Positions 27,101 through 38,800 of a DNA stretch of 64,000 bases are shown piece after piece; positions within the stretch are counted from its first letter, which is position 1, and the number at the start of each line of letters is the position of its first letter. Origin of the DNA: Paraspadella gotoi (Eukaryota > Animalia > Chaetognatha); contig CM119264.1 of NCBI GenBank assembly GCA_051294375.1, positions 19,785,590 to 19,849,589 on the forward strand, in the 5' to 3' direction. The notes under the pieces were generated by a model. That model was not told the origin of the DNA and did not search any database. It worked only from the letters and a program-made list of their open reading frames with translations. A program made the translations under genes and the position numbers.

Positions 27101-30100
27101 ATAATAATATTGAACAGTGAATTTTTTTTATGCACAGAACAGTAACGTTACGCCATTTTTCATTGTGTCATATCTCTTAAACCACTTGACCGGTTATAAT
27201 AAAATTTAGATATGGTTTCCTTTTTTTTAAAAAATATTTTTCTTATAGGTTGATGAATGGCAATCATTTACAAGAGATGGTTGAGAAAGTCAAAATGGAA
27301 AACTTGGGAAATGGAATTCACCGTTTAACAATTATGGTAGGTTTTTAAGTATATGTATAATAGAGTGATGTTAAAATGATAAAATTTTGGAAAATTTAAA
27401 TTTAGCATATAAAACATGAAAATAAACACCAATAAAAATATTTTGGTAAATTTATTTTTTAATTTCATACATTAGTGGGCGCCAGTAAGCTATATTTATA
27501 TATAGTAATAAGTATATAATAGGATAAAATTTTAAAATACAAATTTTTAAATTTTCTGATCGGATTTAAATTCCATACAAAAAGTTGATATAAGAAAGTA
27601 TAATTTGTTTTTAAAAATTCTTTCATTAAGTTGGTCAAAAATGTAAAAAACTATATTTAAGACGCTGATTTTCAATTTCCAGTTTAAAAATATAGTTTTT
27701 TTTAATTTTAACCTATTTAATGACATAATCTTTGAAAAAGGGTTATATTTTCTTTTAACAAGGAATCTGAATCTTTTATCAGAATTTTAAAAAAACTGTT
27801 TTGAAATTTTAACAATATATAAGGGTAGTACTTTTGAGAAAGCAAAGTATTTTTTTAAATTATTACAACGATTTTTAATATTAAGAGACGGACATATTTC
27901 GGTTTGTTGGCTTCAAGCCTTCATCAGCATTTGACATTCATTAAAATTTTGTGTAAAGGAAGAGTGTGAGAGAGAGAGAGAGAGAAAAAGAGAGAGAGGG
28001 TAAAAGTTTTCCAACAAAGTGGTGAGACAGAATAGTGGTCAGATGTGAGGACAGGTTGAAGGTGAGGGCAGATTGAGTGAGTTGTGAAAAGAAGTGAAAC
28101 TTGTTAGAGAGAGAGAAAGAAAGGATTATCGCATCAAGGGTAGTACTATATACAAAATAAGCTGACTGGGCTACTATATTAATAAAAAAAGAAAAATAAC
28201 TACAGATTAGTATTCACTAATATGATAGTTTTTAAGATATAACTGCTAAATTTTGATTCTAAACTTTCACTTTACCCTAATGTATAGTCTATACTGTATA
28301 CTAATATTGGTTACTATATGGATAAGGCGCTAAGGGGGCTGAAAAGTGCTATCCCTTTAGCAGCCATGGAACGGGTCCAGAGCTTGGAACAAGGCTTGAG
28401 GGTTTTCCACACCCCCAAAACGGTTTATGGCTTATGATTCTGGTAGGTTAGTAACATTGGGGATCGATCCCATTTCCTGATGGTTATGATCTGTTGGTAT
28501 TACTTAATGAGCCACCGGATCACCACTGAAGGTGTTCTGTTTATAGGTGGGGTAAACTTATTGCAATGACTGACTGCATGCCCCCTTATTCCAGTCAACT
28601 GTGAAGCCAGGGACCTTGAATCAGAAGTTTGGAATATGCTCAACAGGATGGGCTTACCAGTGTCGATAAGGTTTAAGTAGGCTGAAGAGTAAGGCAGAAC
28701 AAGATAAAAACTAAGAGATTTTTAATATAAATTATGTTAGAGCATCCCTATGGGATAATGAAATTAAAAAAGTTTAAAGTTTATCGTATTACTATAAATC
28801 ATAAAACAATTTTTTCAAGTTCATAATTTTTTTAAACGAATTCTGGAAGAGCATGAAAAAATAAATAAAAATATTATAAGATTTCTAAATTTTTGTTTTA
28901 TTGGTTAAAATTAGCAAAAATTATCAAAATTATGGTATCATAATGATCATGATGATTTTTAAGGGTTTTCTGCAGAAGCTCAACTTTCCCCTATTTAACC
29001 AACTTATATATTGAAAAACGAATTATACTTTTTATGGGTTATATGAATCCGTTATTAAAAGATAAAATTTTAGTTTTAAAAAAAAATTGTATTGCCTATA
29101 CAGTATGCATTGATAAATATTTTAATGTTCCAAAATTATACTGTGCTTGACTAGTTAGAAAGGTGATAGTAATTATATAATAGCGCAATCAGTCTATTTT
29201 GTAAATATCACAATTCTTGTATAATGTTAAAATTTTAAAATGATATTTTTTAAATTCTGAGAACAGATTCAGATTCTTCGTTAAAAGTTGATAAAAGAAA
29301 ATATAAATCATTTTTAAAAGTTATGTCATTAAATAGGTTATAATTATTTAAAATTATATTTTTAAGCTGGAAATTAAAAATCGGTATTTTAAACATAGTT
29401 TAAAACATATTTATCCAACTTAATGAAAAAAATTTTAACAAATTATTATACTTTCTTATATTAACTTTTTGTAAGGAATCCAAATCCGATCTTAAAATTT
29501 AAAAATTTGTAATTTGAAATTTTAACCAATTATATACTTATTACTATATATAAATCAAGCTTACTGGTACCCATTAATATATAAAATTAAAAAAAGATAT
29601 TTACCAAAGTATTTATATTCATATTTTATATGCTAAATTTTAATTTTCTAAAATTTTATCATTTTCACATCACTCTACTGAATAATGCAATACACAACTT
29701 TTTTTTATCGGCAAGGGGCTTACCTGAGCAATAATTTGTCATTTTTAAAAATTTTTTTAGAATGTTTCATGTCAAGAAATTGGAACTATTCAATGCTGCG
29801 CAAGCAATATTGATGGGGAAGCCAAAAATTCTGGATCTCTGGATGTGAAAGGTCGGTATTTTTTTTTAGAAATCAATTGTATTTTATTAACAATCAACTG
29901 GGAAATAAAGAAGCAATTCTTTTTATATTACGATGGCCAGTATTTTCCTTTATTTTGGAACTATGATTGGCAGCATGTATATTGAATTTTTCTTCAAAAA
30001 ATCTTCAAAAAATGTGTAATATTTTAGAGCACATCCAAGAATTTGATAAAATTTGATTAATTTTATAATAAACAAAAACTATCAGTAAATTTTTTATAAT

Positions 30101-32735
30101 TCACTTTGTCGGTCCGTTGGTCCGCCCCGCAATCTTGTTGGTAAGTCAGTTAAATAATGTCAGAACATAAAATTATGATAAAATATAAACTATGCATTAA
30201 AGTCAGTTTGAATTAATTGTTAATTGTTCGAACTAATTCAAACTGCCTCTAATTCACAAACGCCACGAAGGAAATGATAAACTATGCAAAACAAATTGGT
30301 GGTGGTCCGTGCGTCTGTCTGTCCGTCAGTCCCCCCTTAGCTTTGAACGCCAATTACTCATGAGTGGATAGGGCGATTGACTTAAAATTTTGTGTGTGGG
30401 TTGAAAAGTGTATGATTGAGCTGGATATGAAATTTCGATGGATTCGTGCAAGTGTAATTAAGTTTAAATTGAAAAAACATAAGTAATATTTACTTAACTT
30501 TGTTTACTTATATTTACTCTTAATTATTCCAATTATTTATAATTGGATGGATGGATTGAAATGAAACTTTAATTGAGGGTAGCGATTTGCGTGATTGAGC
30601 TAGATATAAAGTTTCAATTGAATCGTCCAAGTGGAATAGTTTAAATGGAAAAAACCCAGGTCACAATTGAATTATTTTTCAGTTTTTAAGTTTCTTTCTC
30701 TCTCTCTTCGTTAAATTTTAAAATGATTGATTGGCTGATGGATCAGTTGATTGAATGATTGAATGATAGATTCTTTTATTGATATAGGATTAATGAATCT
30801 CTTTTGTTTTTTCTCTCGCTCTCTCTCTCTCGCTCTCTTAGTTAATTAATTACCGCTAATTATCGTGGGCAGATCCGGGAATGTTTGCTTAAAATAATTA
30901 AATTATAATAATAATACCCCGTGTCCGTTCGCGATTGACACCAAAAACACCATTTCTCATTGAATGAATATATTTTAAATTTTCTATTTTCATTCCATAG
31001 CAAAGTGCTGGACGTTTATTATTTTTTAAGTTCATAAAATTGATTTTATATTTACTTATGTAAAACAACCTTTCTTTAATGGTCATCCAATTTCATCAAA
31101 TCCGAAAAAAACTAAAAATCTTTACAAAAAAATCATTATAAATTAATTACTCATTAATTACTTAAAATTATTGAAATTCATTTATACTAATAAATGAAGC
31201 ATTAACTGGGAATCCTTATGATATAAAATAATTATTCAAGAGAGTCAACCATATGCACAGGACAGATTTTTTCTAATTGGAAGAAATTGCAGAAAGAAAA
31301 CTTAAGATTTACAAATAAACAAGTTTGAGCAAACAAATGTCGGATCTTCCCACGATCATTATCGATAATAAATTAATTAATAATTAATTATCGATAATGA
31401 TCGTGGGCAGATCCGACATTGTTAATAAATTAATTCAGATTAATTTATTAATTAAGCAATTAATTAATAATTTTGTTCCCAAATGTTTGTTTTTAGGTCT
31501 TTTCATCACTAACCACGACAAAAGCAATGATGATGAGAATAATGCCGATAACGATTGACTTGATTGATTGACTGATTAGTTAATTATTGATTAATTAATT
31601 GACTAATTGATTAATTAACTGATTAATTATTTGATTAATAGAAGCATAATCAATTTGTAAAACAATTTTTTTGGTTTTTTTTTCATTTAAACTCATTTAC
31701 ACTCAAACGATTTCATCGAAACTTGATTTCCAGCTTAATCACACAGTTTACTACCCACATACAAAATTTCAGGTCAATCGCCCAATGCACTCATGAGTAA
31801 TTGGCGTTCAAATAGTGAAATGTATTTTTTTGTTTTTAGTTGGATCAGCAGATCCCGACTTTATAATTCACTTTGTCGGTCCGTCGGTCCGCCCCCTCAA
31901 TCTTGTCGGGCATTCACATATATCATGTCAGAACATCGAATTATGATAAATTATTAAAAGTATAAAGGTCTCGCCAATGAATAGTATTAATGAAAAAGTA
32001 CTATAATCTAATTTGCATATTCGAGTTAATCATAACGAAGTGGAAATTCAACCAAAAAATACTTGAATCGATATGAAACAAAGAAATCAAATAAAAGAGA
32101 GAGAGTGAGAGAGTAGCTGCCCCGCAATGGCTACGAAATCTAGGCCAAGTAAGTTTCCATTTTAACTCATTTCTAGTCGGACGATTCCAACGAAACCTAA
32201 TATCCAGCTCAATCACACACTTCCCTACCCACACACAAAATTTCATTCCAATCCATCCATCCAATCACGAGTAATTGGTGTTTTTTGCTAAGGTGGGAAG
32301 GACAGACATCATTTTTTTTGCATAATTTATCATAATTCGATGTTCTGACATGATATAAGTGAGTGCCGAACAAGATTGAGGGGGCGGACCGATGGACCGT
32401 CAAAGTGAATTATAGAGTCGAGATCTGCTGATAAGCCAATTTTACTGTTAGATAAAAAATTAAACCTAGAATAGTAAATGATATACTTATGAATTATATA
32501 TATTATACCAATTTCATATATTAAATATTTAGGCTTAAGTAATGATTTTTTTGGTGTCACTCGCGAACGGACACGGGATAGTTAGAAAACTTTTCAGCAA
32601 AACTATTTGAAATTAAAGACGAAGTCTTGATACATCAACGATTTTATTTTTATCGTTCAGACAAGTTTCGGCTTTCATTCAAGCCTTCATCAGTGCTTTG
32701 ACAATTCACATTTTCATGTTTTCCAAATTGACTTT

Positions 32736-32812
<77 letters not shown>

Positions 32813-35800
32813 GAAATGGCCAACAAAGATGTGAGACAGGACAGGTTTTAGGCAAGGTTTTAAGTTGGTAGAGAGAGAGAGAGAATGTGAGGGAAAAGAA
32901 AGTAAATTTGTGAGTGAGGGAGAGAGAGAGAGAAACAGAGAAGCAGAGGTTAACATTTGGTCATAAAAATTACATTAGATAATGTACAACAATAGTAAAT
33001 TTAATAAATAAGTAAACAAACTATTGCATTTGAATGGACAAAAATTTTGCTTCATTCTGAGAAATAATTATAATAAATATAATAATTACTATTTACAGTA
33101 ATAGATTAAGCCTTATAATACAAATCTTTGCATGCGTACAGGAATAAAAAAAGAATAGTATATAATTTTATGAAGTTAAAACTTAGCATATAGAGCTTAA
33201 TATAAAAAAAATTATTGAATAGTTATGATAAGTTTGATTTTTAAACATTACTTAAAACCCTTAAGCTATATTTATAACTAGTAATTAGTATAATTTAGTT
33301 CAAAATTTTTTATTTTAAGAGCGAATTCAAATTTTAATTCCTTGCAACAAGTTTACATTATTATACTTGAAATTATTTTACTTTTATACATGAAGCGACT
33401 AACAATAGTTATTCTCCCTCACTTATTTAGATGAGGCCGTTCTTCGTCTTTTACTTATAATAAAATTCTTTTATTTACAAACTTTATTAAAATACTTATT
33501 AAAATGATTATTTTTTATCAAATTTAAAGATGTGCCATTGTTTTCATTTCTGTTTTGTTTTTAATTCATTTGTGGTGTTCTATAACTAGCAGTTTCTTTA
33601 AGTATAAGGAGATAATAGCCACAGAAAATGGTTATTTTTCATATAATATTTGAGTTCATTTTAATGTTTTTTCATCAGGTGAAGCAGAAATGGCATTTAC
33701 TGAAAAAAAAATAGAAACCAAAAGTGAGAAAAACAATATACTAAATTCAAACATTGGGTGTACAGATGATAGATTGACACAAACATTCACCGAAGCCTCT
33801 TCAGATAAAAAAATTCAAAAAGCGACTTTCATCAGTGACAAACCTAAGTCGCATTCAAAAATTGCTACTGAATTAAAGGGAGCTTCTAATGATAAAGATG
33901 ATATCCATTCTGTGAAAAGGTATGTTTATTTTAATTAGAATGATCATATATCCTTTTTAGCTAAATTGGATTTTGATACCATATCATTACAAAATATATC
34001 TAATATCTATATAGTAAAAGACCATAATGAACAAAAAACTATAAGAAAATTAAAATATTATAACGTCATTGCATAACGCCGGCACATTTTAGTTTCGACA
34101 TAATACAAACATAAATTTTAAAAATATTTGTACTGTAATTTTGTCAGTGTCTAATTGATAAATTGAACTAAAATTATTGAAAACGAAATTGAGAGACCGG
34201 CGTCAAATCACTCCCGACCAATGTTGAGGCGATTCGTGATAAAGGAACTGCAGAGATTCCTCGATAGTGTATTATTATCGCCGAAAGCCGCTCACCACGC
34301 CGCGGCGCTTTATGACGCCCTCGCCGGGAAACCAAAGCAGCTCGAGTGGACGGACACATACGCGTCAGTCTTCGAAGCTGTCAGAGAGGCCCTCGCCAAC
34401 GCAGCACTGCTACGCCATCCCCGCACCAGCGCCCAACTCGCCCTGATATCGCCGTCGGAGCAGTTTTAGAGAGAGAAGCGGTGACGGTTGGGAACCACTC
34501 GCCTTCTACTCGGCAAAACTGGACAAAAAGCAGTGGAGATTGCCCCCCTTCGATCGCGAACTGTACGGGGCATTCCGAGCAGTTTCTCACTTCTGGAATT
34601 GTCAATCTTTTACCCTGTAAAGTGATGAAAAGATGGGTGGAGTGATGAAAAGATTGAGCGATGGAACAATGTGTTTTTACTGCCTTTGTATATGTAATAA
34701 AAAATAAAAATTTTTAAAAAAATTTTGCATAGCAGTAATATAAATTGAATTTTCTTTGTAGTAACATCCTTATAAAATCATAAAATTTTAAAATCATATT
34801 TTTTTCAATTTTAAAACGTTTCGGTAGGGGTAGCCCAACTCAATGGGGTGAGTCAAAAATTTAGTGCGAGTACATGCTAAAACGAATATTTAGATATTTT
34901 TAAGAATACTTTCTATGTGAAAAGACAGTAATAATTGTTATGTGTTAGTGACAGAACTGTTCAATATAAGCAGTCCCTGAGCTTCGGATCAGGCTGTAAC
35001 ACCATGTTACAGGCGGGTTAAGCGCCCTGTCCCTCTTAACTGCGAGGCGACCACCGGGCTAGAACCCCGGATCTTTGGGTTGGAGGTGAATGACTTGCCT
35101 CTGGCACCAATGGCGGCTGATGAACGGTTGGTGGATTTTAGTCCACCATACATCCCCTCCTCCCGTAGGAAGAATTCTGTTGCGTCTCTTCAGTGAATTG
35201 TTGTTGGTGGAAAGTTCATCACCAAATTGAGGCATGTCACCTGAAAGTGTTGTTGTTGCTGTTGTGTTCGGAAGTCAGGCTCACCAATGAAGAGACAGTA
35301 ATAATTGTTATGTGTTAGTGACAAAACCGTTTAATATAAGCAGTCCCTGAGCTTCGGATCAGGCTGTAACACCATTTTACAGCCGGTTTAAGCGCCCCGT
35401 CCCTCTTAACTACGAGGCGACCACCGGGCTAGAACCCCGGATCTTTGGGTTGGGAGGTGAATGACCACCAATGGCCGCTGATGAACGGTTGGTGGATTTT
35501 AATCCACCATACATGGACAAAAAATTGTTAATATGGTTCTATACCCTAATAATTAAGTTTGTCATATTTATTTATAGACAAATTCCAAAAATTTTTTTTA
35601 GAATTTTTAAATTTTAAGATCAGATTCAGATAGCTCATAAAAAGTTGTCTACACAAAGTATAATTCTTTTTGAAATATTTTTATGATAAGTGTCAAAAAT
35701 AAGAAAAAACGTAAAAAATTATCATCGTTATCTTTCGATGATTTTATCATTTTTTTTTATATTTTCATTTAAAAACGTAATAATTTTTAAAAGCTGTAAT

Positions 35801-38800
35801 TATATTTCTCGTTTAACTTTTTATGTTCTATCAGAATTCGTCCAAAAAATTTAAGATTTCTAAAAAAAATTGTTTGCTCTCTATCATTTAAGTAAGAAAT
35901 CATTTTTTGCTCTATATCATAAGTAAGATAGTATTTTTGACAAAAAATATTTTAATACCATAATCTATGGTCATGATAGATTATTTTAACGCTGTATACA
36001 TTAGCATTTAAATTTTATCGGCTCTGGCTAGTTTCGGATTTCTGTTCCCCAGTGCTCCACTCTAGTGTACACGGATGATCAGTCTTTAATCCACGCTCTC
36101 CACAAACGCGCGGAGGCACAAACAACTCGACAAAATTTTCAGTTGTCGGTTACTTCGGAGTTTACCACCGACATCCGCCATGTGCTTGGCAAGGCCAACG
36201 TGTTAGCCAACGCCCTCTCAAGACCGAATCCACCCTCAGAAAACGTCCAAGCCGACCGTTGGCGATCCGTCAGATATTACGACCGATCGTGGCGCCAGGT
36301 TGTTCTGCCACGTTGTGGCGGTATATTCACACCGCCTCACGTCCACCATCGTTTAGCCAATACCATTGGTTCAGAGGGGGAACGCACCATCCCAGGCGTT
36401 GCATTCCATCCACAGTCTTAATGACTTCCCTCTGGGTTGGCCTAGGGTAACTGCGCCAGTGACTGGAGGCGTCAATGAGGGTCGGAAGCCCCCAAAGCCA
36501 ACAGTGACATGCCCCATCCCAATGGGCATCACAGGCAACCCGGCTGTTGCCATAACGTGGAATAAACCTGGGAGATTTGCCACCACCAGACAGCGGCGTA
36601 CCACCCTAAGGCCAACAAACTCGTATAGCGCTTATACGGTCGTCTCAAGGAGGCCCTGATTGCCCTTGGAAGCCAGGAGCCTCTTCGCGCTCCCAACGAC
36701 AAACCGGATATTTGCGCCTTCCCTGCAGACCTCGTATTCGGAGAGGGTCTGACCGCCCCTGGCGACCTTCTACCCCCACCTCCTGGCGTCAGCGAGCTCT
36801 TGAAACAGGCGTCCCTGTGGCGAGACGAAGTCAGCGAACAATGTGTATCTCAACGCCACCAGCCGCAGAAATGCCCACTCCCGGTTCGCACGAAACGGAA
36901 GTGTTGGAGCGCCTCCCCCTTCTCCAACACGGTTACGCTCATTTCCGCGGTCAACGCCAAAGGGTCTTGCCTACCGTTTCGGAGTAAAAAAGTACATATC
37001 ACAGCTAACGAGCACTCGGGCAAAATTTTAATTCATCACGCCATAATTACAATGCGGCTCTCCAACATTTGCTCGGACACACATGAAATAAACAATATAA
37101 TTACACCTATTTACCATTATGGAAAAAAAATTGTCGCGGTTTGGAAAAGTCGGTTAATTTCATTGTAAAATATATTTTTTGGCCGGTAAATAAGTTTTAA
37201 TATGTAATATGACCTCCCTAGGATTGAATAAAAAGATTATTTCTCAACAGCATAAAATTATTTAATACAATCAAATACTTCCAGAAGAGGTTATCTCCAA
37301 CTGTTTTCACCTTTTTTTGATCAAGAGGACTACTCACATTATTGTTAATATTATAACTCTGGCAAAATATTTTTTATCAGATTTAGGGCAAAAAATGGTC
37401 CTTGGCAAGCAGTGAAAAAGATTGATCCCTTATAAATATAAAGTAAACCAGGCTTGAGTTGTTGTTGCATAATGTAATGAAGCATTGTCTTTCATTTCAA
37501 TAAAATCTTTATTTTGTTTGATAGTTTGTTCTGATAATATATCCAGAGGTAAATAAAAGTGATAACTTTGCTCATAAAAAGGTTACCCAGAGCATTATAA
37601 CTTTTATTGATACTTAACAAAATAAAAAGAATATTCTGGAGCATTGATATATTTTTAATGCCGCTATTTTTTTCTATATGAATTAAGATTCATCCCTGAA
37701 TCTATCCTAATGGAGATGATGCAATAACTATTTGACATGAGACTGAGAAAAGGCAGGGATTTTTAATAGTAACGGTTTAACTAAAAAAGTAATAAAAAAG
37801 AACCGGAAATTAGTATAAAAAAGTTATTAGTTTATGAAAAAGATAAAAAATAAGGAAGTGTGGACGCAACAAGTTTCAGAGTAAGAATGATTTATTCTTC
37901 AACAACGTTATAAACAATAACAGTCAAAAGGCGATGTCGGCGTTGAAGTCCATGAGGTGGCGGATCGGGGAGCAATCATCGACCGTGACGCCATTGAGGC
38001 GTCGATAGTCGCCACAAAGACGAAGGGAGCCGTCGGGTTTCCGGTTGACGTGTAGCGGCGACGCCCAAGCTAACGTAGAGCGCCGGATAATTCCGAGTTT
38101 CAGCATCTTCTCAAACTCGGCCTTGGCAGCGGCGAGCTGATCGGGGGGCAAGGCGGCGGTCGCGGGCGAAAACGGGCGGACCTTTAGTCGGAATATGATG
38201 CTCGACACCATGCTTTGGTGGTGCCGAGTTGAAGACGAGTTTCGTGAGTTCTGGCGTCGTGGGCATGGCCGGAGATGACCATGTAGTCGTCGAGATCGAG
38301 AAGGATACGGCGTTGATGATCGACGCCGAGGTGGTGCTCGGCGCCTAGAATGGGCGTGGCGACGTCGGCAATGATGACGAGATAGGGAAAAACACATTTT
38401 CCCAGTTTAATCCCCATTTCCCGGATGCCAAAAGTTTCGATGGGCGTGTCGTTGGCGGCGCGAAGTGGCGGGGCATTTGCGGTAGCGGGGTTCGCTTTAG
38501 CGGTGTGGAGGGGAGCGGGGCGTTAAGGTTGGGCGCCGTTGCTGTTGCATGCGCTGCTGCGATGGGCGCTGTTGCGAGAAGGGGCGCCGCGTTGAGCGCG
38601 GCGGCTGTCGGCGCACTGCATTTGCGTAAGAGATGGCGCCATTGTCATCGTCGCTTGCTGATTCATCTGGAAGCTCCAGTGGCTCGTCCACTGTGACCTC
38701 CATGGAGGTGACGGCGTTTACAGAGGATGAGTTGCGGTCGGAGCTGCGGAGTTGTCCGGAAGGAAGAAAGAGCTCGTCGGCATCCTTGGCAATGTCGGCG

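Larger units (their letters stand above)
34190..36990 (+). mobile_element. Fragmented Ty3/Gypsy pol (RT end/RNase H/integrase pieces at ~34190-34600, 36060-36313, 36555-36990)
   Basis: KELQRFL, EAVREALANAALLRHP, DIAVGAVLE, PFDRELYG, YTDDQSL...EFTTDIRHVLGKANVLANALSR, TAYHPKAN; frameshifted and split by later insertions. Confidence 0.85.

Noticed and set aside
35117-35150. CTGATGA in the TRIM family A LTR as a possible retrozyme hammerhead
   Set aside because: No stem II-GAAA or cleavage triplet in register, and the solo LTR has CTGAATA.
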